In this document: positions 11,541-24,659 of the stretch, piece by piece | Position numbering within the stretch: position 1 is the first letter of the stretch | Layout of the letters: every line of letters begins with the position of its first letter | Assembly (NCBI GenBank): GCA_013265495.1 | Contig: MU058444.1 | Location: 1,860,001-1,924,000, forward strand | Length of the DNA stretch: 64,000 nucleotides | Source: Vicugna vicugna | Lineage: Eukaryota | Direction: 5' to 3' | Made by a program: the position numbers and the translations under genes | The notes under the pieces: model-generated | Told to the model about the DNA's origin: nothing | Databases searched by the model: none | The model's input: the letters and a program-made list of their open reading frames with translations, nothing else

Positions 11541-13002
11541 CTAGTTAGCTTAATATTGTTCTCTGAGATGTCTCAGGGGTCCTCTGAAGCATCCCAAAAT
11601 TAGCTGAAGTCAAAAGAGCTTTGATCAGAATTTTGATAGGAAGTTTGTCAACATTGAAAAGTTTTCCACTATCTGTTATCAGAAGCATCTATTATCACAA
11701 GCAAGTGAACTTGCTCTCCTAACAGAGAGGAACCAAACCTAGTCCTGCACCAGGATTTTAATAACAAAATCCATTCACCTGCTTTTTGTGTAATCTCATC
11801 TTAGTCTGACCGTGCACAAAGCTCCTTTTTAGGCTTCCCTTCCTACAAACTTTTCCCTTAACAAAATGCAATTGCATTCCCCATACTTTTTAAACAAAAA
11901 CTTATACCCTACTTTTCTGATGTATACTGAAATGTTCCTTTATTATTTTTAGTAACTTTAAGACATTTAAATTAGAACTCTCAACTTTAAAAACCTTAAT
12001 TTCTAGTGAAAACCAAGAAGTAAGCCATTAGGAATCGTCTTTTACATTAGCATTCTATAGACTGGCAAGCATAAATACCAACAATAATTTCTAAAAACGT
12101 GTGCTTTTTATGGAAAATATCTCAATGTGGCACCAGACATATTTCATGTCCTAAACATCTTTAGTTTCTCTGTAAAGGGAAGCCAAATGTTCAGTAAATA
12201 CTGTTTCAGTATCTTATTTTGTTTGGGGCTGACCCAGCTAGTCAATAAATTTCCATCATTTAACTTAATTTAGCACAACTCTAAAATCTCAAGGTATCAA
12301 ATATCTGGAAAGGTCATTTTTAAGCAGACATTCCTAAAACAGAATTATTTCCAAAGAATTCACCCAAAAGCTCTTATGTTATTTGCATTTAACTTACTTA
12401 TAAGAATTTTATCAGATCAAGTTAATTGATTTCTTTTTTCTGTTAAACTCTGCAATGGAAGCATGAACCTACTGCCCTTCACGAAGCCTGGGTACAATGG
12501 AAGACATGTCTGTGTTGATTACACCAGCAGCTTAAGCTAGCTTTAATATCAGATGTTAATGCTGAACATTTCCTAGATGACGCAAGCCCAAATTTTGCCA
12601 CCGAGTTTCTTTCATACTTAGAAGTATTTAATTTGTAAGTGCTTACTTTTAAGTCAATTAAATAGAACTCTTTTCCATGTTAATTTTTATTTCAAGACAG
12701 ACAGAACCAGAGACCTCAGTTTTTCTGCCTGAGTTCAAGCCTTTTCCCTTGAGAGCCCAGATGGATCATTTATACCTCAAAGGCACGGGAAGAGAACTGC
12801 AAATTCCTCTTCAAACGGTTTATACAAAACCCCATCATCTCAGCTATTTTCAGGGATTTATTTTTCCAGTTCCCAAATACCCACTGCAACTTACAGAAAT
12901 TAACAATAACAGACAATATATGTATCATTCACTCACATTCAGATGCCTCACTTTCAGCAAAACTAGGAAAAGAGAATAGCATTTGGACTCAGGTACCAAG
13001 AC

Positions 13003-13036
13003 GCACACACGCACACGCACACGCACACGCACACGC
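13003..13036. repeat. (CACGCA)n simple repeat
   Basis: Seen directly. Confidence 0.9.
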
Positions 13037-13564
13037 CCAAGACAAACACCAAGCTGCAAAAGCCCCACTTTGATGTGACAGCAGAGCTGTCAGGGCCACT
13101 GTTCTCCTGATCTCAGGGAGTCCTGAGGTCACAGCTGTTATAGCAAAAATTTCATTCTCTTTCATTTAAGGGAGCATGGCTGAAGATGCCCCCAGCTTTG
13201 CAAAGTACACTCTGGTAGGATTATATATAAGCTGGAACGGAGCTCTGATCATCCAACACTTAATTATTCATGGCCAATGGTATCAAATATCAAGCAAACT
13301 ACAATTCAAAACGGTCTCAGGGTCACAGTTCCCTGGCCCCAAAAGAGAGACTCCTACCCATTGCCCCGGCAACCCAAAAGGGGGGAGCCCCACCCAGCGC
13401 CCCATCAGAGGTGAAGCCGAATCAAAGACCAAAGCTAGAAAGGGAAAATCTCGGCCAAGGCTCTGCCACAGGTGAGGCCAGCACGATAGGGAAGGACACA
13501 CTGGCGGTGTCACACGCGAGCCTCGTTGCTCAAAGACATCTCAACTGGCAATGCAAGTGCTGAT

Positions 13565-13590
13565 ACACACACACACACACACACACACAC
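13565..13590. repeat. (CA)n microsatellite
   Basis: Seen directly. Confidence 0.97.
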
Positions 13591-14218
13591 CCAAATATGG
13601 CCCCACAGACAAAAGATCACACAAGATGTAGCCCCAAAATTCCTCTTCCACTTCCAGACAGAGGCTTCCAGAGTGGCCTGGCTCCCAAAAGAGAACGGAC
13701 CCAGAGTGGCTCACTTCCCGGAAGGGAAGGAGCCCTGGTGAGCGGGTAGAATTTTCCCATCCTGCACAAGCTCGAGGGCTTAACCCAAAACCAAACACAT
13801 AAAAACACAAACAATAAATAAGCTACGGTCGCACAGACAATCAGAGGTGATGTCATCTAAGGATTTCACTTCCACTCCCAAACGGGGGCCCCCAAACAGA
13901 CAGGCCTGCCTCCCGAAAGACAGCAGACCCAGAGTGGCTCACAATGAGCCCAGAGCTGCTCCCTTCCCGGTGGAAATGAGCCGGGATGGAGTGGAGAGAG
14001 TTCCCAGCCTGTGTGAGCTGGAGCAACTCACCCCCAGGCGACACCGAGTGTGGACGCAGCTCCGGACGTTTCTGGGCTCCAAAGAGTCTCATGCATAGGG
14101 TGGCCAGCGCCTGCCGGGGAGACTCCCTCCCGGTTCCCCGGTGCCAAGTGAGCTCTGGCAGCCGCTGGGACCCAGGGGAGGGGCTGCCCCCGGTCACAGT
14201 CCACCAGCCAGGGGCACA

Positions 14219-14239
14219 GACTCCGGCTCTGGCTCACCA
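14219..14239 (-). other. Primer-binding site, tRNA-Arg-like
   Basis: Minus strand reads TGGTGAGCCAGAGCCGGAGTC, 4 nt after the LTR's ...CA end. It is similar to the complement of the tRNA-Arg(ACG) 3' end, TGGCGAGCCAGCCAGGAG. Confidence 0.7.
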
Positions 14240-14243
14240 AAAT

Positions 14244-14719
14244 TGTTGCCAAAGGCAGATTCATGTGCCTGAGGCACTGTGAGGCCAAACTGAAACAGGA
14301 GTTTGGGGCAGAGAAATGTTTATTGCAGGGCCAAGCAAGGAGGATGGGGTGGCCCGTGCCCAAGAAAACCCCAAACTCCCCGAAGGGTCTCAACAAAGCA
14401 TATCTAAAGGCCAGGTAAGGGGGGTGGGGAAGGGAGTCCACAGGACACACGATCCGCTGTGCACAGTTCTCTGATTAGTTCACGTGGAGGTTACAGGGCG
14501 GTCAACACGATCAACCCCCAGGCACCAGGTCTGGGGGCCACATGCTCTCCATCACCAAGTAGTTGATTTCTTCCTTGGGTGGTGGTTCTAAGCATCTGAA
14601 AAACTCAGGACGTATACATAAGATACTATCCTGTGGGTCCTTCAGAGGGGAGCAGCAGCAGAGGACATGGGGGAGGGGGTCTGTCCTGGGAAGGCCCCCC
14701 AGGGTCCTGCTCGGATATA
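14244..14719 (-). mobile_element. ERV1-type 5' LTR
   Basis: Minus strand starts TATATCCGAGCAGGACCCTGGGG (decayed TG start) and ends ...GGCAACA. AATAAA at 14319-14324, followed by the PBS. Confidence 0.85.
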
Positions 14720-15087
14720 TTATTACTTCTAGACCCTGGTGTGGTGGCTTAAAGGAGCCGTACAGAGTGAGACCACCTTCAATTAAATGTAAATTACAAT
14801 GACGTTAGGTTGTTGCCCGTGAAAGGATGGCTGGTTGTGTGGCACTCGCTTATCATTTAGTGAATTACAGAGTCTGTCCCTTTGGTTTTGGTCGGCTCAG
14901 TCTTGATTGGCTGGTGTGCCAAGAGTGGGTCACTTCCTTGGCTCCACTAACACTTCACTAGGCTCACCAGTAACTGACTCAGAAGTGAGCCCGTCTGCGG
15001 GCCGTAAGAAGGATCATGAGCACGCCACGGGTCGGGTCACTGCCCAGCGCAGTCAGGACTTCCTCTCCCTGCAGGATGTCTCTGCGC

Positions 15088-15610
15088 TGTGGGAGCCTGG
15101 AGATAAACCAGGCCATAACCAGTCTGCGTGTAAAACTGGAGGCTGACCCACAACCTGCGGCAGTCTGCCCAGGAAGCCAAGCCCCTTTTCCATAGTAAAC
15201 AGCCCAGGAAGCCAGCCGGCTCTGGGTCAGAGCTGCAGGGAAAGCCAGACTGCTTTCTCTACGGACAATCCAGGAAGCTAAACAATAATTTCTATAACAA
15301 CCAGCCACTTGTTTGATAAACGACAGCTTCCAACCTAGGACCAACCAGTGAAAGAAAAAGCTCCGCCCTAAACAATCACGTAGGATGTTCTGCTTCTGGT
15401 GAGCCCGCCAGCAGCTTCCCTCGACCCCAGCCTCCAATCAGGGCACACTTGACACTCTTCTTTTCTTCCACCAGGAAGCTTTCCCACTCCTCTGTCTGCC
15501 CTTGAGTCTCTGCCAAAACGCAGGTGATGGGGGCTGACTCCCTGCTCTGTCAAGATCAGAATAAATCGCCCTGGCTCTTCCCGTTTGGTTGGTCTTGGTT
15601 CATTTCCACA
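15088..15610 (+). mobile_element. ERV1-type solo LTR (family uncertain)
   Basis: TG...CA ends, repeated 'ccaggaagc' modules, CCAAT, and AATAAA ~45 nt before the end. TSD not clear. Confidence 0.7.
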
Positions 15611-15839
15611 GCCGCATGGGTAAGCCAGGCGAGCTGCCCGCGGGGAGGCATGGATACCTGTTCTGGTTTGTCCCCCAGTCATTGCTCAGGATGCCTCCAT
15701 TCTGGTTATTAGCGTTATTGTTTTAACTGTGAGAGTTTGGGGGCTGCCTGGCTGTGGATTCCTTTCATTACCTCTCTGATGAGGAGGAGGACAAAGGGGG
15801 TGGCACTAACATCTCTGGGACGCTTGCAGTGTGTCTGGT

Positions 15840-15995
15840 CCTCTGATGACCACTTCAGTCTGGGTTTCCAGTTAAGACTCATTCCCTGCCCTGTAACCTG
15901 GGGCCTCTCTCTGTGACTCAGTTTTGCCGTCTGTGAAATGGACATGAGGATAAAGTCTGTGAGGGTAGTATGAGATGACATACGTGTAACCAGGT
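15840..15995 (+). mobile_element. MIR remnant
   Basis: 'ctctctctgtgactcagttttgccgtctgtgaaatggacatgaggat' resembles the MIR core. Confidence 0.6.
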
Positions 15996-17443
15996 CACTG
16001 CTTTGTCGAATGAAACTCAGTGCAACACAAACAAAATGTTCTTCTACCACATGCTGCGTTTATAGCGTGCCGTATCACCTTCTAACTTCATTTTGGAAAG
16101 ACCCCACTCATTTGGGATCATGTATACGAACTGAAATTACGAAATCCCATCTAATCCAGACCAATTTAAAATTACAGTCTCTCATTCACTCTAATGCTAA
16201 TTTCTTCCCCTGAAGTGTCATTAACAGTCACCGGTTTTTTTTTAAATGGTCATTCTTCCTCCCCTGTTCCAAACAGCATATGACTTGAGTTCCACTGTTT
16301 GCACCATATGCTAAATAAAGTTATGTGGGACTCTGGTTTGGGAGCTTTGCCTATGCATCCTCACTTGAATGCAGAATTCAGTCTAATTCTAGTTTTTTCA
16401 AACAAAAACTTAGAAAAATAAAAACCTTGGCTTCTGCCATATCTTGGGGAAGGAGAGGGGAAGTCAGAAGTAGGCAAACATCAGGAAAATTACAAGTTTG
16501 ATTCCAGACATGTATGCACGTGATTTGTACTAGAAAAGCTGCTCTAAACATCCTGGATTACTTTTAGTGCATCACTGGGCTCCATCCAGATCGTCTCAGC
16601 ATTGATTATATTCCTTCACCTCCTCCTGATGTCCATATCATTAATTCCATTCATCGGGAGATGAGACTGAGTCCTGCACCTGGCAGTCCACTGCTCATGG
16701 GAGCAAGCAAAGGAATCCTGGGGGAAGCGGGCGGCTGACTCGCCCGTGTGCCCACTGCCTGGACCCTATACTGACAAGACTGCATCACCCTCTAAAACAC
16801 CCTCATAGGCACTGGAATTTTACCATCCGGCATAGGTATCACCTACTTCCGCTTTCCAGATGGGAATGTGGCTTGGCCAGTGAACACTGTAGCTGGAAAA
16901 CAGAAATCTAAAATTAACATTGTCATCTCCTTTTCTGCTAAAAGGAGATCGAGACACAGAGACCTTATAAGGGGTGCCTGCAAGTTAATGAGACCAGCCA
17001 AACGGGGGTCTGAACCTCTTTTCTTCCATGGACACAGTTTTGCCAACACACCACGCTGAGAGGTCTGCACCCCTGGGGTTACTGTTCTCAGTTCTCAGCA
17101 CGTGTGGGCCAGGAATCCTGGAGAATGTGTCCAGTGAGACGCCTCCTGGGACCGCAGTCCATTTCTCAGCAGGAAAGAAGCTCTCTGGAAGCTCAGGACT
17201 GTGGGACCCACTGCTGACAATTCAGTGAAGTTTTCAATGACTTCAATCCCAGAGCTGGCAATTCAATTGAAGCTTTAAGGTGGAAACTGCTAAAGGAAGG
17301 ACTCCCTTGCCTGGAGAGGGACAGAGCCTGCAACTGTCTCTCAAGGCAGCCCCAGGAAAGTGGTGCTTGCACTCCTGCAGGCCCACCTGTGAAACATCCC
17401 CAAGACTGAGAGCAAGGATTTCCTTTAAAAGGAATCATAATTG

Positions 17444-17972
17444 GTTGGATAAAGAAGATGTGATACACACACACGCACACACACACACATGCACACACAC
17501 AGTGGAATGCTACTCAGCCATTAAAAAAGAATGAAATAATACCATTTGCAGCAACATGGATGGACCTAGAGATGATCAGATGAAGTAAAGTAAATCAGAC
17601 AGAGGAAGACAAATATCAAATAATATTGCTTATATGTGGAATCTTAAAAATGACACAAATGAACTTATTTACAAAACAGAAACAGACTCACAGACAGAAA
17701 AAACAAACTTACGGTTACCAAAGGGGAAAGACGGGGGAGGAATAAATTGGGAGTTTGGGATTAGCAGATACAAACTACTATATATAAAATAGATAAACCA
17801 CAAGGTCCTACTGTACAGCACAGGGAACTATATTCAATATCTTGTGCAAATATACAATGAAAAAGAATATGCAAAAAATATATGTATACGTATAACTGAA
17901 TCACTCTACTGTACAGCAGAAACTAACACAACATTGTAAATCAACTCTACTTCAGTCAAATAAAATTTTAAA
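17444..17972 (+). mobile_element. 5'-truncated L1 3' end with an internal (CA)n expansion
   Basis: 'ggataaagaagatgtg...gcaacatggatggacctagag...aaactaacacaacattgtaaatcaactctacttca' plus A-rich tail. Confidence 0.93.
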
Positions 17973-19104
17973 GTCTAAGATCTGATTAAGGCTAAAAATA
18001 AAATAAGCATCACGGGGTGGGGGGCGGTGTGCAGGCAGACAGGGCAGGCAGTTTGGTAAGTGGCTGAATTGTCTGTATCTGGTCTACGAGAAGACCCACA
18101 ATTGTGTGAGCCCTACTCCGCCTGCTGCCTCCAGGAAGGGGTGGTTCACCAGCACCAGCGGTTACCCCCTGCCTTCCTAGTGGTCCTCAACATAACCTCC
18201 AGGATCTCAATAAAAATCAATGGCAAGCTTTAAAAAACTGCATTTTTCTTGTCTGTGGGAGCAATAACTGTCAACTTCCTTTGCAATTTAAATGCTGAAA
18301 CTTAATTCTATCCTCGACCACCACGTGTGGTTCTTGTCCGGGGGAGTGGTGTTTATCCGCTACTGCCCCAGCTCGTACACATTTGCTGGGATGGGGTGGG
18401 GGCTGCTGTGGCCTGTCTCGGATGCCTCGCTCTGATGCAGAGCAAAGTCACCTTCACAATGAGAACGGATGGTAAACCAACGGGAAGTTGAGAGACCATC
18501 ACACCTGACTGTTGATTTCAGCCAGTTTTCATTGTGAAGAGCGACTCCAATTTCAGAGTTCAAATTTGCCTTCAAAGGTCTTTTACATTTCAATTTCATA
18601 GCTCAAGTTAGACAAACTCAGTACATTACTCAATATTATAGAGATCAAAAAAAGTATGTTTCCTATAGTCGTTGACATGGAGCAAGTGAACTTGTGATCT
18701 TTCTTATGTGCTTCACCAACGACACTTTCCCACAGTGTGCCCGCTCTCATGTAATAGTAATAGTTTCCTACAACTTGTTAGTAAAATGAAAATACAAAAC
18801 TATTTCCAGAACTAACGTTTCCAACAGAATTACATTTTTTCTGTTTCCTTTCATGACTCTGCTATACAAAGAAGAAAAAGAAATGTTTCATGAGAAACTA
18901 CACACAAAAAAAATTCTCAAAAGTAAGTTCTTCAGATATTTAAGTACAAAATTAAGTTAATACTCATCTAACTACAAAACAAGCTTTTCTGAACATTAAT
19001 GATTAACCATGTGTCATCCTGTGTATATTTACATAACAGACTAAGATCCCTATAGTTTGTTTATAATAAGTTGTATATAAGAGATCAATTATTGTGCAAA
19101 TTCC

Positions 19105-19230
19105 AAACTTATTCATTAATCTCTCATTTATTTTTTTAAACATCAACCACATGCCAGGTACTGTTCTGACTCTGTGGATACAGCCGTGAACAAAAAAAAA
19201 CTTCCCTCAGGAAACTGACTCTACAGGAGG
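19105..19230 (-). mobile_element. L2 3'-end remnant
   Basis: 'attcatt...atgccaggtactgttctg...ggatacagccgtgaacaaaa' is the typical L2 tail pattern. Confidence 0.6.
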
Positions 19231-19489
19231 GTATTTTCTACTGTTGTCCTTTGCTTTTTAAATTTCTAGCCCCTTTATTCCAGCCCTAAAGCCCTCTAAA
19301 GCTGGCCTTTCGAGGGTCCTCCAGTGGGCTGCTTTGTTACACGGCTCAAGAGGACACGCACACTCAGATGCCAACCATGCCTCTGTCGTTGTACCACCCA
19401 GCGGTCCCACAGGTGGAGTCAAACTCAGAATGTCCAACTGTCCTGAAGGAAGTGCATGGAATAGGTTCTATCTAATCCCTGGTCCCAGA

Positions 19490-19987
19490 GCATGGTGTCT
19501 ACCTCCGAGCTGGCCCCAGTGATTCTCACTGCATGGTATCCAGGCCCCTGGGTAGTCAGCATTCACACCAAATCAGAGCAGATTTGTGTGACCAACAGAA
19601 TATGGCAGATGAGATACTGAATGACTTCCAAGGCTGGATCAGAGAAGCACTGCATTTTCTGCCTAGTTTCTTGAACTGCTCACTCTCGTAACCAGGGGCC
19701 ATGATGTGAGGACACTTAAACAGCCCTGTTGGAGAGGCCCACATGCAGAGGAGCTGAGGCCAGGGCTAATTCTGACAGTGAACACCTTGTAAGTGGAAAC
19801 TTCAGCCCCAGTCCAGCTTTTGGATGACTGCAGCCCCGCCTGACAGCTAACAAGTCAGAATCGTGCAGCTACGCTGCTCCCAAATTCCCCACTCTCACTG
19901 TCTGTGAGAGACAATAAATGATTTATTGCTATGTTAAACCACTGAGTTTCGGGGAGGTTTTCACAGAGGAATGGGTTAACTAAGACA
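19490..19987 (+). mobile_element. MaLR LTR (MLT1E/F-like)
   Basis: 'tgtgaccaacagaatatggcaga...ggagaggcccacatg...gagacaataaatg...aactaagaca'. Confidence 0.8.
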
Positions 19988-21109
19988 CGGAGTTAATATC
20001 AGCCAATCTTGCCAGTCTGAGACACTATCATCTCCTCCCATAGAGCCTCTGTTGGAGCATCTTCTTCCCAACATCAGGAAACACTCTATGGTGTTAATAA
20101 CAAGTTGATAATGATAAACTAATAAATACAAAGTAATGTGTAAAACACTTCTAAGATATTAATAGCATGTGTTTTTTCTGCTACAACATTAGCATTATTA
20201 AAGAATCTTTTCAAGTTAACAAACATTAGTTGTTTACCTGTATAAATCACTGGGCTGGACCTTCTATGAGGTGGACAGGGGAACAGAAAAGGGAGCCTCC
20301 CTTTAAATATCTTATAAAATAACAAGGGAGACAAAATGTCATCTGCCTCTGAGTTGGAAGTAGGAAGAGGAAGAAAATTGCAAAGGAACGCAACTGCCCA
20401 CGACTGATGATGCTGTTGGGTGCGTGGTCTTTTGAAATCCTCGAATAACGGTAATAATACAGACTCGTTTGTCGAGAGCCTGTCACATGCCAAACATTTA
20501 CATATGATCTAATTCAACTTCAGAGCACCATCAAAGGTTCTGAAAGACCAAGCAGTTTTCCTAAGATCACCGGAAAGGGCTGAACTCCTGTCTCTGTGAT
20601 GTCGAAGCCAACATTCTTCCCTCCACGGCCCACATTGAAAAGAAACAACTTCCCCGGGACTCAGAACGTCCACGTGCATGATCCCTGCGTCCTCCAGGGC
20701 CCTTATGTCACCAATCTTCCCTCCAAAACAGGCCATTAGGATGTGTTGACAGCTTAGTTTTGATTTTAAAGGAGCCAGTGTGCCTTTAGACAAATCAGTT
20801 CCAGGAGGAGCGTTCTGGAAGAATGCTGTGGTAACATAATGACATCTAAAAATTTCCGAGGGAGACAGACGTCAGAGGAGGCCCAGGGGCTCTTGGTGAA
20901 AACATATTTTCCTGATGGTTCATATCTCAGCCCCCTGTCTTCTATCTGACTGACTGAGTCAACCGCAGGCAGACTCGAGCAACACCTACATTTTTATCTG
21001 GCACCATTCACTTTTCAACACTTGGCTTTTTATTTCAACAATTTAGCCCATGTCTTTGGGTGAAAAATGAGTAGGACTGTTTTCCTTATCTACCCCTTAC
21101 TTCTTTTAG

Positions 21110-21370
21110 TACTTTTTGAATTACAGTTTATATAGAATAAGACACACAGCTCTTAAGTGGACAGCTCAGTGGTATTTACATGTGATACATCTGTATGTCC
21201 ACCACGGTGATCAAGACATGGACGAGACAAGATCAAGACATCAACCCAGAAAGTCCCTTGTGCCCTTCCGGTCAGTAACACCACCCCCACCCCAGGGGGC
21301 GCTGCTGTTCTGATTCTGTCTCCACCCATTGTTTTGACTGTTCCGCAGATTCATATTCAGGAATTCCGCA
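21110..21370 (-). mobile_element. Old L1M 3' end
   Basis: 'ttttgaattacagttta...cttaagtggacagctcagt...ccagaaagtcccttgtgcccttcc'. Confidence 0.7.
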
Positions 21371-24292
21371 ATAGCATGAGAAAAGCCATCTAAACCATTA
21401 TACATTTAAGCCGTTCCAAACACCGTATAGCCACGGATGACACTGGGAAGTTATTAAGATCTTCTTTGCCTGTATCTGACTTCATCATGTTATTTGTATC
21501 ACCTTAAAAGTTTACACACCACAGCTCAGACAAAAAAGAAACATCCCTTCTTTATTATCTGTAACTGTGCTCAGCTTGCCCTCTAGCCCCAGCTCTCACA
21601 GATAGCAGAAGAAAAACACTGAGAAGACAATTAAAACAAACTCAATATCTTCTGGCTTAAAATAGCATATGTGGGTCTAAATGGATTTGGGGTGAGTATT
21701 AATGCCACTCAAAATTCCAGCACCCAGTGAGGGCTTCTCAGAGTCCTGGCTGGATGGCAGGGAGGTGTTCCCATCCTCAGGGTTGCAAGAGGTTTCAGAC
21801 AAGAACCATGCTCCAGGTTTTGCTGGTCAGCTGCCGCCTCAGTCTCTGAAGGATGACGGGCTGTGAGGGGTTTCTTTCTGGCCCACTTACTTAGTCACCA
21901 CCCTGGATATTCCTAAAATACCCCCTGGGCAGCCCCAGGCTCAGCACCACGTTCCCTACGTGGCCCGGAACCGTCCTGTGACTCCCAGAGAAGCTGCGAC
22001 TATGCCCCGCACCAGGCACCCCCAGCCTTTCTGGGCGGTCCCACTGCCCGCTGCCCACCCCTGCGCCAGGGCTCAGCCCTCAGGAGGGAGTCAGAACCCC
22101 CTGTCTGACCTCTTGGCCCTGCTACCCTGTGTTTCCCCCTCCTGTGTGAGGGGGCCCCTCCCTAAGTCCCCCAGTCCAGCCTTCAAACCCCGCAGTTTAC
22201 AGAAGTGTTCTCAACAGGGGCTGCACAGAGCATCACCCGGGAAACATTTCAGGCATCTGACACGATTCCAGCCCAGATTTCTGGTAAAATGAGGATGGAG
22301 AGATCCCTCCGTGGCCCGGGAAGGCGAGCTGGGTGGAATTCCAGGGCGGTGAGAGAGGCCAGTGAGCAAGGAGCGCTCGCTGGGAGAGAGAAAGTGTTGA
22401 TTACTGACGGCAGTCAGGAAGGCGGGGAAGACAGTGTGGTCTCCCTCACAGTTCAGCCCGGGCCAGCCGCCCTCCAAACACCCTGGGATTACATAGCAGG
22501 AGAATTTCCCTGCTTTGGGAAGACGAGGGGTGGTCTTTGACAACCCTGTCACTTCGCCTCTTGTGGACTTTTCTTGTTTGAACCAGAATTTGCCACCAGT
22601 TTTATCCCATCATGGATCTATGAACTTCAGAAAGGCAAAAAGGGACCGGTGTTTTCATTTAATCCACAGAAGATGGAGTCAGGTAGGGGATAAAAATGCA
22701 ACGTAGACGTCTAGATGGGTTAGGTCAGAAGATCACGATGCTACCAGGAGAGGAAGGGGAAAGAGACTTCCCATTTACAGAGTTCCTTCTGGAGAAAAAT
22801 GCCCTGCAGCCGAGACAGATCAAAGAATAATTTCCGGAGAAGAGAAATTCAAAAGACGTTCTTTCTAACCCTTGGCTAGGGCACTAAAAAAAAAAAATGA
22901 ACCTTGAAAAGAATTCACCACATCGATAATTATCAGTTTAGTAAGACAGGAAACTTCCTGTTGACACCTTTATATTAAACAGAATGAAATGAATTGAGGT
23001 AAGAGAAGGCAATATAGTTGCTGCAATTTCATGCTTTTTGAAGACCGAGTTTGGTAATCCATGAAGACCCCAGCCCCCCAACACACAGAAAAACTTTAAC
23101 CACACAGATTGAGGAGTCAAGTCGTCATAAATCAAAGTAACCTCCAGAAAACAAACTCAGCACACAAAGCCATAATTATCTGACATCGCATTCCCACCAA
23201 AAAGTGGTTTTTGACCAAAGAAATTGGAGACGCTAAGGACTATCACCAAAGTGGCGAAAGATATTCCTACATGATTAAACTTCTTAAAATCATCAATCGG
23301 AAATAAAATAATTGAAAAATGCAGGACACAACTTTTTAACTTTCACCTTTAGGAATGTGGGGAGGGAGAACACAGCAATAATTTAGAGAAGGTGTAAACA
23401 CACCTGTCTTCTGACTGAACCGTCACAGCTCTCTGCTGGGTTTTCTTTTATATCACTGTTCATACTTCTGTTTAGCTTGTATTTCATGTTGGTGGTTTGT
23501 TTTGCTTTGTTTTCATTTTAATCAAGAAACTTTTCGTTGTTAAAAGAAAACAAACCACCCAGAAATCCACTCAGGCTGACACGGACAGTTTTATCACAAG
23601 GAAATGGGTGGAACGGAATCCAGGGACAGAAGCGGAGCTGGCCCTGTACGGGGCCGGGGCGCCCCCAGGAACCCGGCGGGATTCTCTCTGCATCTCTCGG
23701 AGGCTGACTTGGCCTCTTTCTTCAGATCCCCCTCCACTCTCTTCTCCCTTTCCTTCTGCAGTGTAGATAACACATTGCCCTTGCTAACCAGGATGATGGG
23801 GGAAGATGCCCACCTCTTGGACCACCTGTACCATCATCAAGGCTGAGCTGTTCTGACCTCCAGGAGGACGTTAGCTGGCCGCCCAGCAGTCCCCATAGCT
23901 TTTTAACACATACTTTTATCCCTCAAAGGGTGTTGCTGCCTCTCACAAAATAGGCATGAAGCAATGTGTACTGAAGGAATAAACAAAAGGCAAGCTGAAA
24001 TACATTTCAGGGAAATATTACTCAAAGAGAACATTGCTGATTTTTCAGTTTAGTTTGCTTTCTGGCCCTTCCTCAAAGGGCTTTAAGATCTAATAGCTCT
24101 CTTGCAGATGACCCAACTAGTAATCTAGAAGCAGAGTGGTACAAACATTGCTGGGCACGTCCCACAATTGTATTCCAAGCTTCCCGGCCAGCTGGGTTTA
24201 CTTTCTACCAGTTAGTAACCTGGGGCTTGGGACTAGAGGCCAGCACAGGGCCAGGCTGGGGCATGACTGCTGAACCTTCACGCCAAGGACGC

Positions 24293-24315
24293 CCAGCCAG
24301 CCAGCCAGCCAGCCA
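24293..24315. repeat. (CAGC)n tetranucleotide repeat
   Basis: Seen directly. Confidence 0.9.
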
Positions 24316-24659
24316 GGCGAGTTCCCAGTTTCTGTCTTTGACAACAGAGACACTTGCAGAATATAATACTGGCTCACGAATAAATTTTAAACCTTTGGAA
24401 ATATAATTTTCTGCAGTCAAACTTTCAGTGGTTGTGGTGCTGAAGCCTGTCTCCAGAACATTCGAAAGATACTCATTTACTCCCCACCCTGCACCCAGCC
24501 TGGTGCCACATGTCAGCCTGGACCGCAGGGGCGTGAAACTTACATTCTAGCCGGGACCACAGATTCTGCAATGACCAGCTGCCAGACTCCCCGTGGACAG
24601 CCTCCTGGGCACTCTTGTGACTTCCGCAGCTCTGCTAAGTCCCCCGTGGGCTCTTACCA

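Larger units (their letters stand above)
9918..14243 (-). mobile_element. Non-coding ERV1-like (MER4-group-like) internal region
   Basis: Follows an LTR plus PBS on the minus strand. GC-rich leader with direct repeats (13660-13970), AT-rich body, and PPT-like AAAAGGGGGAGA at 10049-10060. No gag/pol/env ORF in the ORF track. Confidence 0.75.

Noticed and set aside
13176..14450. ORFs in the ERV leader as gag or env remnants
   Set aside because: Translations show no recognisable gag, pol or env motifs; they are GC-rich chance ORFs.
21287..21303. CTCF-like ACCCCAGGGGGCGC, and CCCTCAGGGGGCAC at ~26557
   Set aside because: Mismatches at core positions and located inside repeats; too weak to call.
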